Source of the DNA: the human T2T-CHM13v2.0 reference genome, Homo sapiens
Assembly: GCF_009914755.1 (NCBI RefSeq)
Contig: NC_060929.1
Strand: one strand, 5' to 3'
Length of the DNA stretch: 64,000 nucleotides
Below are positions 1 through 11,891 of this stretch, piece after piece (position 1 is the first letter of the stretch; every line of letters starts with the position of its first letter). Under the pieces are notes generated by a model. That model worked only from the letters and a program-made list of their open reading frames with translations. It searched no databases and was not told the origin of the DNA. Both the position numbers and the translations under genes were made by a program.

Positions 1-17
1 CTTCGTTGGAAACGGGT
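1..17 (+). promoter_or_regulatory. CENP-B box, first of ~189 spaced every ~340 bp (last at 63874-63890)
   Basis: CTTCGTTGGAAACGGGT matches the core nTTCGnnnnAnnCGGGn. Boxes heading dimers B and C read the canonical CTTCGTTGGAAACGGGA (e.g. 340-356, 680-696); the others end in T followed by a T-run. Confidence 0.95.
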
Positions 18-3000
18 TTTTTTCCTGTAAGGCTAGACAGAAGAATTCCCAGTAACTTCCTTGTGTTGTGTACATTCAACTCACAGAGTTGAACGTTCCC
101 TTAGACAGAGCAGATTTGAAACACTCTTTTTGTGCAATTGGCAAGTGGAGATTTCAAGCGCTTTAAGGTCAATGGCAGAAAAGGAAATATCTTCGTTTCA
201 AAACTAGACAGAATCATTCCCACAAACTGCGTTGTGATGTGTTCGTTCATCTCACAGAGTTTAACCTTTCTTTTCATAGAGCAGTTAGGAAACACTCTGT
301 TTGTAAATTCTGTAAGTGGATATTCTGACATCTTGTGGCCTTCGTTGGAAACGGGATTTCTTCATATTCTGCTAGACAGAAGAATTCTCAGAATCTTCCT
401 TGTGTTGTGTGTATTCAACTCACACAGTTGAACGATGGTTTACACAGAGCAGATTTGAAACACTCTTTTTGTGGAATTTGCAAGTGGAGATTTCAGCCGC
501 TTTGAGGTCAATGGTAGAAAAGGAAATATCTTCGTATAAAAACTAGACAGAATGATTCTCAGAAACTTCTTTGTGATGTGTGCGTTCAACTCACAGAGTT
601 TAACCTTTCTTTTCATAGAGCAGTTAGGAAACACTCTGTTTGTAAACTCTGCAAGTGGATATTCAGACCTCTTTGAGGCCTTCGTTGGAAACGGGATTTC
701 TTCATACTGTGCTAGACAGAAGAGTTCTCAGTAACTTCCTTGTGTTGTGTGTATTCAACTCACAGAGTTGAACGATCCTTTACACAGAGCAGACTTGAAA
801 CACTCTTTTTGTGGAATTTGCAAGTGGAGATTTCAGCCGCGTTGAGGTCAATGGTAGAAAAGGAAATATCTTCGTATAAAAACTAGACAGAATGATTCTC
901 AGAAACTCCTTTGAGATGTGTGTGTTCAACTCACAGAGTTTAACCTTTCTTTTCATAGAGCAGTTAGGAATCACTCTGTTTGTAAAGTCTGCAAGTGGAT
1001 ATTCAGACCTCTTTGAGGCCTTCGTTGGAAACGGGTTTTTTTCATATAAGGCTAGACAGAAGAATTCCCAGTAACTTCCTTGTGTTGTGTGTGTTCAACT
1101 CACAGAGTTGAACTTTCATTTACACAGAGCAGATTTGAAACACTCTTTTTGTGGAATTTGCAAATGGAGATTTCAAGCGCTTTGAGGCCAAAGGCAGAAA
1201 AGGAAATATCTTCGTATAAAAACTAGACAGAATCATTCTCAGAAACTGCTCTGCGATGTGTGCGTTCAACTATCAGAGTTTAACTTTGCTTTTCATTCAG
1301 CAGTTTGGAAACACTCTGTTTGTAAAGTCTGCACGTGGATAATTTGACCACTTAGAGGCCTTCGTTGGAAACGGGTTTTTTTCATGTAAGGCTAGACAGA
1401 AGAATTCTCAGTAACTTCCTTGTGTTGTGTGTATTCAACTCACACAGTTGAACGATCCTTTACACAGAGCAGACTTGTAACACTCTTTTTGTGGAATTTG
1501 CAAGTGGAGATTTCAGCCGCTTTGAAGTCAAAGGTAGAAAAGGAAATATCTTCCTATAAAAACTACACAGAATGATTCTCAGAAACTCCTTTGTGATGTG
1601 TGCGTTCAACTCACAGAGTTTAACCTTTCTTTTCATAGAGGAGTTAGGAAACACTCTGTTTGTAAAGTTTGCAAGTGGATATTCAGACCTCTTTGAGGCC
1701 TTCGTTGGAAACGGGTTTTTTTCATATAAGGCTAGACAGAAGAATTCCCAGTAACTTCCTTGTGTTGTGTGTGTTCAACTCACAGAGTTGAACTTTCATT
1801 TACACAGAGCAGATTTGAAACACTCTTTTTGTGGAATTTGCAAGTGGAGATTTCAAGCGCTTTGAGGCCAAAGGCAGAAAAGGAAATATCTTCGTATAAA
1901 AACTAGACAGAATCATTCTCAGAAACTGCTCTGTGATGTGTGCGTTCAACTCTCAGAGTTTAACTTTTCTTTTCATTCAGCAGTTTGGAAACACTCTGTT
2001 TGTAAAGTCTGCACGTGGATAATTTGACCACTTAGAGGCCTTCGTTGGAAACGGGTTTTTTTCATGTAAGGCTAGACAGAAGAGTTCTCAGTAACTTCCT
2101 TGTGTTGTGTGTATTCAACTCACACGGTTGAACGATCCTTTACACAGAGCAGACTTGTAACACTCTTTTTGTGGAATTTGCAAGTGGAGATTTCAGCCGC
2201 TTTGAAGTCAAAGTAGAAAAGGAAATATCTTCCTATAAAAACTAGACAGAATGATTCTCAGAAACTCCTTTGTGATGTGTGTGTTCAACTCACAGAGTTT
2301 AACCTTTCTTTTCATAGAGCAGTTAGGAAACACTCTGTTTGTAAAGTCTGCAAGTGGATATTCAGACCTCTTTGAGGCCTTCGTTGGAAACGGGTTTTTT
2401 TCATATAAGGCTAGACAGAAGAATTCCCAGTAACTTCCTTGTGTTGTGTGTGTTCAACTCACAGAGTTGAACTTTCATTTACACAGAGCAGATTTGAAAC
2501 ACTCTTTTTGTGGAATTTGCAAGTGGAGATTTCAAGCGCTTTGAGGCCAAAGGCAGAAAAGGAAATATCTTCGTATAAAAACTAGACAGAATCATTCTCA
2601 GAAACTGCTCTGTGATGTGTGCGTTCAACTCTCAGAGTTTAACTTTTCTTTTCATTCAGCAGTTTGGAAACACTCTGTTTGTAAAGTCTGCACGTGGATA
2701 ATTTGACCACTTAGAGGCCTTCGTTGGAAACGGGTTTTTTTCATGTAAGGCTAGACAGAAGAGTTCTCAGTAACTTCCTTGTGTTGTGTGTATTCAACTC
2801 ACACGGTTGAACGATCCTTTACACAGAGCAGACTTGTAACACTCTTTTTGTGGAATTTGCAAGTGGAGATTTCAGCCGCTTTGAAGTCAAAGTAGAAAAG
2901 GAAATATCTTCCTATAAAAACTAGACAGAATGATTCTCAGAAACTCCTTTGTGATGTGTGCGTTCAACTCACAGAGTTTAACCTTTCTTTTCATAGAGCA

Positions 3001-3397
3001 GTTAGGAAACACTCTGCTTGTAAAGTCTGCAAGTGGATATTCAGCCCTCTTTGAGGCCTTCGTTGGAAACGGGTTTTTTTCATATAAGGCTAGACAGAAG
3101 AATTCCCAGTAACTTCCTTGTGTTGTGTGTGTTCAACTCACAGAGTTGAACTTTGATTTACACAGAGCAGATTTGAAACACTCTTTTTGTGGAATTTGCA
3201 AGTGGAGATTTCAAGCGCTTTGAGGCCAAAGGCAGAAAAGGAAATATCTTCGTATGAAAACTAGACAGAATCATTCTCAGAAACTGCTCTGCGATGTGTG
3301 CGTTCAACTCTCAGAGTTTAACTTTTCTTTTCATTCAGCAGTTTGGAAACACTCTGTTTGTAAAGTCTGCACGTGGATATTTTGACCACTTAGAGGC
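1..3397 (+). repeat. HOR unit 1, 20-mer variant (A B C D1 E1 D2 E2 D2' E2/E3 D4)
   Basis: Spacing between A-dimer markers (GTTCCCTTAG, GTGCAATTGG, CCCACAAACTGCG) is 3,397 bp; the E2 1-bp deletion (GTCAAAGTAG) occurs twice. Confidence 0.9.
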
Positions 3398-5096
3398 CTT
3401 CGTTGGAAACGGGTTTTTTTCCTGTAAGGCTAGACAGAAGAATTCCCAGTAACTTCCTTGTGTTGTGTACATTCAACTCACAGAGTTGAACGTTCCCTTA
3501 GACAGAGCAGATTTGAAACACTCTTTTTGTGCAATTGGCAAGTGGAGATTTCAAGCGCTTTAAGGTCAATGGCAGAAAAGGAAATATCTTCGTTTCAAAA
3601 CTAGACAGAATCATTCCCACAAACTGCGTTGTGATGTGTTCGTTCATCTCACAGAGTTTAACCTTTCTTTTCATAGAGCAGTTAGGAAACACTCTGTTTG
3701 TAAATTCTGTAAGTGGATATTCTGACATCTTGTGGCCTTCGTTGGAAACGGGATTTCTTCATATTCTGCTAGACAGAAGAATTCTCAGAATCTTCCTTGT
3801 GTTGTGTGTATTCAACTCACACAGTTGAACGATGGTTTACACAGAGCAGATTTGAAACACTCTTTTTGTGGAATTTGCAAGTGGAGATTTCAGCCGCTTT
3901 GAGGTCAATGGTAGAAAAGGAAATATCTTCGTATAAAAACTAGACAGAATGATTCTCAGAAACTTCTTTGTGATGTGTGCGTTCAACTCACAGAGTTTAA
4001 CCTTTCTTTTCATAGAGCAGTTAGGAAACACTCTGTTTGTAAAGTCTGCAAGTGGATATTCAGACCTCTTTGAGGCCTTCGTTGGAAACGGGTTTTTTTC
4101 ATATAAGGCTAGACAGAAGAATTCCCAGTAACTTCCTTGTGTTGTGTGTGTTCAACTCACAGAGTTGAACTTTCATTTACACAGAGCAGATTTGAAACAC
4201 TCTTTTTGTGGAATTTGCAGGTGGAGATTTCAAGCGCTTTGAGGCCAAAGGCAGAAGAGGAAATATCTTCGTATAAAAACTAGACAGAATCATTCTCAGA
4301 AACTGCTCTGCGATGTGTGCGTTGAACTCTCAGAGTTTAACTTTTCTTTTCATTCAGCAGTTTGGAAACACTCTGTTTGTAAAGTCTGCACGTGGATAAT
4401 TTGACCACTTAGAGGCCTTCGTTGGAAACGGGTTTTTTTCATGTAAGGCTAGACAGAAGAATTCTCAGTAACTTCCTTGTGTTGTGTGTATTCAACTCAC
4501 AGAGTTGAACGATCCTTTACACAGAGCAGACTTGTAACACTCTTTTTGTGGAATTTGCAAGTGGAGATTTCAGCCGCTTTGAAGTCAAAGGTAGAAAAGG
4601 AAATATCTTCCTATAAAAACTAGACAGAATGATTCTCAGAAACTCCTTTGTGATGTGTGCGTTCAACTCACAGAGTTTAACCTTTCTTTTCATAGAGCAG
4701 TTAGGAAACACTCTGCTTGTAAAGTCTGCAAGTGGATATTCAGCCCTCTTTGAGGCCTTCGTTGGAAACGGGTTTTTTTCATATAAGGCTAGACAGAAGA
4801 ATTCCCAGTAACTTCCTTGTGTTGTGTGTGTTCAACTCACAGAGTTGAACTTTGATTTACACAGAGCAGATTTGAAACACTCTTTTTGTGGAATTTGCAA
4901 GTGGAGATTTCAAGCGCTTTGAGGCCAAAGGCAGAAAAGGAAATATCTTCGTATGAAAACTAGACAGAATCATTCTCAGAAACTGCTCTGCGATGTGTGC
5001 GTTCAACTCTCAGAGTTTAACTTTTCTTTTCATTCAGCAGTTTGGAAACACTCTGTTTGTAAAGTCTGCACGTGGATATTTTGACCACTTAGAGGC
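3398..5096 (+). repeat. HOR unit 2, 10-mer (A B/E-hybrid D3 E3 D4)
   Basis: 1,699 bp between A markers; the C-dimer markers are absent. Confidence 0.9.
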
Positions 5097-8000
5097 CTTC
5101 GTTGGAAACGGGTTTTTTTCCTGTAAGGCTAGACAGAAGAATTCCCAGTAACTTCCTTGTGTTGTGTACATTCAACTCACAGAGTTGAACGTTCCCTTAG
5201 ACAGAGCAGATTTGAAACACTCTTTTTGTGCAATTGGCAAGTGGAGATTTCAAGCGCTTTAAGGTCAATGGCAGAAAAGGAAATATCTTCGTTTCAAAAC
5301 TAGACAGAATCATTCCCACAAACTGCGTTGTGATGTGTTCGTTCATCTCACAGAGTTTAACCTTTCTTTTCATAGAGCAGTTAGGAAACACTCTGTTTGT
5401 AAATTCTGTAAGTGGATATTCTGACATCTTGTGGCCTTCGTTGGAAACGGGATTTCTTCATATTCTGCTAGACAGAAGAATTCTCAGAATCTTCCTTGTG
5501 TTGTGTGTATTCAACTCACACAGTTGAACGATGGTTTACACAGAGCAGATTTGAAACACTCTTTTTGTGGAATTTGCAAGTGGAGATTTCAGCCGCTTTG
5601 AGGTCAATGGTAGAAAAGGAAATATCTTCGTATAAAAACTAGACAGAATGATTCTCAGAAACTTCTTTGTGATGTGTGCGTTCAACTCACAGAGTTTAAC
5701 CTTTCTTTTCATAGAGCAGTTAGGAAACACTCTGTTTGTAAACTCTGCAAGTGGATATTCAGACCTCTTTGAGGCCTTCGTTGGAAATGGGATTTCTTCA
5801 TACTGTGCTAGACAGAAGAGTTCTCAGTAACTTCCTTGTGTTGTGTGTATTCAACTCACAGAGTTGAACGATCCTTTACACAGAGCAGACTTGAAACACT
5901 CTTTTTGTGGAATTTGCAAGTGGAGATTTCAGCCGCGTTGAGGTCAATGGTAGAAAAGGAAATATCTTCGTATAAAAACTAGACAGAATGATTCTCAGAA
6001 ACTCCTTTGAGATGTGTGTGTTCAACTCACAGAGTTTAACCTTTCTTTTCATAGAGCAGTTAGGAATCACTCTGTTTGTAAAGTCTGCAAGTGGATATTC
6101 AGACCTCTTTGAGGCCTTCGTTGGAAACGGGTTTTTTTCATATAAGGCTAGACAGAAGAATTCCCAGTAACTTCCTTGTGTTGTGTGTGTTCAACTCACA
6201 GAGTTGAACTTTCATTTACACAGAGCAGATTTGAAACACTCTTTTTGTGGAATTTGCAAATGGAGATTTCAAGCGCTTTGAGGCCAAAGGCAGAAAAGGA
6301 AATATCTTCGTATAAAAACTAGACAGAATCATTCTCAGAAACTGCTCTGCGATGTGTGCGTTCAACTCTCAGAGTTTAACTTTGCTTTTCATTCAGCAGT
6401 TTGGAAACACTCTGTTTGTAAAGTCTGCACGTGGATAATTTGACCACTTAGAGGCCTTCGTTGGAAACGGGTTTTTTTCATGTAAGGCTAGACAGAAGAA
6501 TTCTCAGTAACTTCCTTGTGTTGTGTGTATTCAACTCACAGAGTTGAACGATCCTTTACACAGAGCAGACTTGTAACACTCTTTTTGTGGAATTTGCAAG
6601 TGGAGATTTCAGCCGCTTTGAAGTCAAAGGTAGAAAAGGAAATATCTTCCTATAAAAACTACACAGAATGATTCTCAGAAACTCCTTTGTGATGTGTGCG
6701 TTCAACTCACAGAGTTTAACCTTTCTTTTCATAGAGGAGTTAGGAAACACTCTGTTTGTAAAGTCTGCAAGTGGATATTCAGACCTCTTTGAGGCCTTCG
6801 TTGGAAACGGGTTTTTTTCATATAAGGCTAGACAGAAGAATTCCCAGTAACTTCCTTGTGTTGTGTGTGTTCAACTCACAGAGTTGAACTTTCATTTACA
6901 CAGAGCAGATTTGAAACACTCTTTTTGTGGAATTTGCAAGTGGAGATTTCAAGCGCTTTGAGGCCAAAGGCAGAAAAGGAAATATCTTCGTATAAAAACT
7001 AGACAGAATCATTCTCAGAAACTGCTCTGTGATGTGTGCGTTCAACTCTCAGAGTTTAACTTTTCTTTTCATTCAGCAGTTTGGAAACACTCTGTTTGTA
7101 AAGTCTGCACGTGGATAATTTGACCACTTAGAGGCCTTCGTTGGAAACGGGTTTTTTTCATGTAAGGCTAGACAGAAGAGTTCTCAGTAACTTCCTTGTG
7201 TTGTGTGTATTCAACTCACACGGTTGAACGATCCTTTACACAGAGCAGACTTGTAACACTCTTTTTGTGGAATTTGCAAGTGGAGATTTCAGCCGCTTTG
7301 AAGTCAAAGTAGAAAAGGAAATATCTTCCTATAAAAACTAGACAGAATGATTCTCAGAAACTCCTTTGTGATGTGTGCGTTCAACTCACAGAGTTTAACC
7401 TTTCTTTTCATAGAGCAGTTAGGAAACACTCTGTTTGTAAAGTCTGCAAGTGGATATTCAGACCTCTTTGAGGCCTTCGTTGGAAACGGGTTTTTTTCAT
7501 ATAAGGCTAGACAGAAGAATTCCCAGTAACTTCCTTGTGTTGTGTGTGTTCAACTCACAGAGTTGAACTTTCATTTACACAGAGCAGATTTGAAACACTC
7601 TTTTTGTGGAATTTGCAGGTGGAGATTTCAAGCGCTTTGAGGCCAAAGGCAGAAAAGGAAATATCTTCGTATAAAAACTAGACAGAATCATTCTCAGAAA
7701 CTGCTCTGCGATGTGTGCGTTCAACTCTCAGAGTTTAACTTTTCTTTTCATTCAGCAGTTTGGAAACACTCTGTTTGTAAAGTCTGCACGTGGATAATTT
7801 GACCACTTAGAGGCCTTCGTTGGAAACGGGTTTTTTTCATGTAAGGCTAGACAGAAGAATTCTCAGTAACTTCCTTGTGTTGTGTGTATTCAACTCACAG
7901 AGTTGAACGATCCTTTACACAGAGCAGACTTGTAACACTCTTTTTGTGGAATTTGCAAGTGGAGATTTCAGCCGCTTTGAAGTCAAAGGTAGAAAAGGAA

Positions 8001-8494
8001 ATATCTTCCTATAAAAACTAGACAGAATGATTCTCAGAAACTCCTTTGTGATGTGTGCGTTCAACTCACAGAGTTTAACCTTTCTTTTCATAGAGCAGTT
8101 AGGAAACACTCTGCTTGTAAAGTCTGCAAGTGGATATTCAGCCCTCTTTGAGGCCTTCGTTGGAAACGGGTTTTTTTCATATAAGGCTAGACAGAAGAAT
8201 TCCCAGTAACTTCCTTGTGTTGTGTGTGTTCAACTCACAGAGTTGAACTTTGATTTACACAGAGCAGATTTGAAACACTCTTTTTGTGGAATTTGCAAGT
8301 GGAGATTTCAAGCGCTTTGAGGCCAAAGGCAGAAAAGGAAATATCTTCGTATAAAAACTAGACAGAATCATTCTCAGAAACTGCTCTGCGATGTGTGCGT
8401 TCAACTCTCAGAGTTTAACTTTTCTTTTCATTCAGCAGTTTGGAAACACTCTGTTTGTAAAGTCTGCACGTGGATATTTTGACCACTTAGAGGC
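5097..8494 (+). repeat. HOR unit 3, reference 20-mer: A 5097-5435, B 5436-5775, C 5776-6115, D1 6116-6455, E1 6456-6795, D2 6796-7135, E2 7136-7474, D3 7475-7814, E3 7815-8154, D4 8155-8494
   Basis: 3,398 bp. Diagnostics: B GATGGTTT/AAACTCT; C GCGTTGAGG/GGAATCAC; D1 GCAAATGG/TTTGCT; E1 ACTACACAG/GAGGAG; D2 CTCTGTGA; E2 GAGTTCTC/GTCAAAGTAG; D3 GCAGGTGG; E3 CTGCTTG/CAGCCCT; D4 CTTTGATT/GATATTTT. Confidence 0.92.
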
Positions 8495-11400
8495 CTTCGT
8501 TGGAAACGGGTTTTTTTCCTGTAAGGCTAGACAGAAGAATTCCCAGTAACTTCCTTGTGTTGTGTACATTCAACTCACAGAGTTGAACGTTCCCTTAGAC
8601 AGAGCAGATTTGAAACACTCTTTTTGTGCAATTGGCAAGTGGAGATTTCAAGCGCTTTAAGGTCAATGGCAGAAAAGGAAATATCTTCGTTTCAAAACTA
8701 GACAGAATCATTCCCACAAACTGCGTTGTGATGTGTTCGTTCATCTCACAGAGTTTAACCTTTCTTTTCATAGAGCAGTTAGGAAACACTCTGTTTGTAA
8801 ATTCTGTAAGTGGATATTCTGACATCTTGTGGCCTTCGTTGGAAACGGGATTTCTTCATATTCTGCTAGACAGAAGAATTCTCAGAATCTTCCTTGTGTT
8901 GTGTGTATTCAACTCACACAGTTGAACGATGGTTTACACAGAGCAGATTTGAAACACTCTTTTTGTGGAATTTGCAAGTGGAGATTTCAGCCGCTTTGAG
9001 GTCAATGGTAGAAAAGGAAATATCTTCGTATAAAAACTAGACAGAATGATTCTCAGAAACTTCTTTGTGATGTGTGCGTTCAACTCACAGAGTTTAACCT
9101 TTCTTTTCATAGAGCAGTTAGGAAACACTCTGTTTGTAAACTCTGCAAGTGGATATTCAGACCTCTTTGAGGCCTTCTTTGGAAACGGGATTTCTTCATA
9201 CTGTGCTAGACAGAAGAATTCTCAGTAACTTCCTTGTGTTGTGTGTATTCAACTCACAGAGTTGAACGATCCTTTACACAGAGCAGACTTGAAACACTCT
9301 TTTTGTGGAATTTGCAAGTGGAGATTTCAGCCGCGTTGAGGTCAATGGTAGAAAAGGAAATATCTTCGTATAAAAACTAGACAGAATGATTCTCAGAAAC
9401 TCCTTTGAGATGTGTGTGTTCAACTCACAGAGTTTAACCTTTCTTTTCATAGAGCAGTTAGGAATCACTCTGTTTGTAAAGTCTGCAAGTGGATATTCAG
9501 ACCTCTTTGAGGCCTTCGTTGGAAACGGGTTTTTTCATATAAGGCTAGACAGAAGAATTCCCAGTAACTTCCTTGTGTTGTGTGTGTTCAACTCACAGAG
9601 TTGAACTTTCATTTACACAGAGCAGATTTGAAACACTCTTTTTGTGGAATTTGCAAATGGAGATTTCAAGCGCTTTGAGGCCAAAGGCAGAAAAGGAAAT
9701 ATCTTCGTATAAAAACTAGACAGAATCATTCTCAGAAACTGCTCTGCGATGTGTGCGTTCAACTCTCAGAGTTTAACTTTGCTTTTCATTCAGCAGTTTG
9801 GAAACACTCTGTTTGTAAAGTCTGCACGTGGATAATTTGACCACTTAGAGGCCTTCGTTGGAAACGGGTTTTTTTCATGTAAGGCTAGACAGAAGAATTC
9901 TCAGTAACTTCCTTGTGTTGTGTGTATTCAACTCACACAGTTGAACGATCCTTTACACAGAGCAGACTTGTAACACTCTTTTTGTGGAATTTGCAAGTGG
10001 AGATTTCAGCCGCTTTGAAGTCAAAGGTAGAAAAGGAAATATCTTCCTATAAAAACTACACAGAATGATTCTCAGAAACTCCTTTGTGATGTGTGCGTTC
10101 AACTCACAGAGTTTAACCTTTCTTTTCATAGAGGAGTTAGGAAGCACTCTGTTTGTAAAGTCTGCAAGTGGATATTCAGACCTCTTTGAGGCCTTCGTTG
10201 GAAACGGGTTTTTTTCATATAAGGCTAGACAGAAGAATTCCCAGTAACTTCCTTGTGTTGTGTGTGTTCAACTCACAGAGTTGAACTTTGATTTACACAG
10301 AGCAGATTTGAAACACTCTTTTTGTGGAATTTGCAAGTGGAGATTTCAAGCGCTTTGAGGCCAAAGGCAGAAAAGGAAATATCTTCGTATAAAAACTAGA
10401 CAGAATCATTCTCAGAAACTGCTCTGTGATGTGTGCGTTCAACTCTCAGAGTTTAACTTTTCTTTTCATTCAGCAGTTTGGAAACACTCTGTTTGTAAAG
10501 TCTGCACGTGGATAATTTGACCAATTAGAGGCCTTCGTTGGAAAAGGGTTTTTTTCATGTAAGGCTAGACAGAAGAGTTCTCAGTAACTTCCTTGTGTTG
10601 TGTGTATTCAACTCAAACAGTTGAACGATCCTTTACACAGAGCAGACTTGTAACACTCTTTTTGTGGAATTTGCAAGTGGAGATTTCAGCCGCTTTGAAG
10701 TCAAAGTAGAAAAGGAAATATCTTCCTATAAAAACTAGACAGAATGATTCTCAGAAACTCCTTTGTGATGTGTGCGTTCAACTCACAGAGTTTAACCTTT
10801 CTTTTCATAGAGCAGTTAGGAAACACTCTGTTTGTAAAGTCTGCAAGTGGATATTCAGACCTCTTTGAGGCCTTCGTTGGAAACGGGTTTTTTTCATATA
10901 AGGCTAGACAGAAGAATTCCCAGTAACTTCCTTGTGTTGTGTGTGTTCAACTCACAGAGTTGAACTTTCATTTACACAGAGCAGATTTGAAACACTCTTT
11001 TTGTGGAATTTGCAGGTGGAGATTTCAAGCGCTTTGAGGCCAAAGGCAGAAAAGGAAATATCTTCGTATAAAAACTAGACAGAATCATTCTCAGAAACTG
11101 CTCTGCGATGTGTGCATTCAACTCTCAGAGTTTAACTTTTCTTTTCATTCAGCAGTTTGGAAACACTCTGTTTGTAAAGTCTGCACGTGGATAATTTGAC
11201 CACTTAGAGGCCTTCGTTGGAAACGGGTTTTTTTCATGGAAGGCTAGACAGAAGAATTCTCAGTAACTTCCTTGTGTTGTGTGTATTCAACTCACAGAGT
11301 TGAACGATCCTTTACACAGAGCAGACTTGTAACACTCTTTTTGTGGAATTTGCAAGTGGAGATTTCAGCCGCTTTGAAGTCAAAGGTAGAAAAGGAAATA

Positions 11401-11891
11401 TCTTCCTATAAAAACTAGACAGAATGATTCTCAGAAACTCCTTTGTGATGTGTGCGTTCAACTCACAGAGTTTAACCTTTCTTTTCATAGAGCAGTTAGG
11501 AAACACTCTGCTTGTAAAGTCTGCAAGTGGATATTCAGCCCTCTTTGAGGCCTTCGTTGGAAACGGGTTTTTTTCATATAAGGCTAGACAGAAGAATTCC
11601 CAGTAACTTCCTTTTGTTGTGTGTGTTCAACTCACAGAGTTGAACTTTGATTTACACAGAGCAGATTTGAAACACTCTTTTTGTGGAATTTGCAAGTGGA
11701 GATTTCAAGCGCTTTGAGGCCAAAGGCAGAAAAGGAAATATCTTCGTATAAAAACTAGACAGAATCATTCTCAGAAACTGCTCTGCGATGTGTGCGTTCA
11801 ACTCTCAGAGTTTAACTTTTCTTTTCATTCAGCAGTTTGGAAACACTCTGTTTGTAAAGTCTGCACGTGGATATTTTGACCACTTAGAGGC
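8495..11891 (+). repeat. HOR unit 4, 20-mer with many private variants
   Basis: 3,397 bp; one T is missing from the T-run at ~9530. Confidence 0.9.

Noticed and set aside
1332-1337. CACGTG E-box in every D dimer and TATAAAA in most dimers
   Set aside because: These are short motifs intrinsic to the satellite consensus; nothing in the sequence supports promoter function.
9530-9535. T6 instead of T7 after a CENP-B box
   Set aside because: A single homopolymer indel cannot be distinguished from sequencing error.
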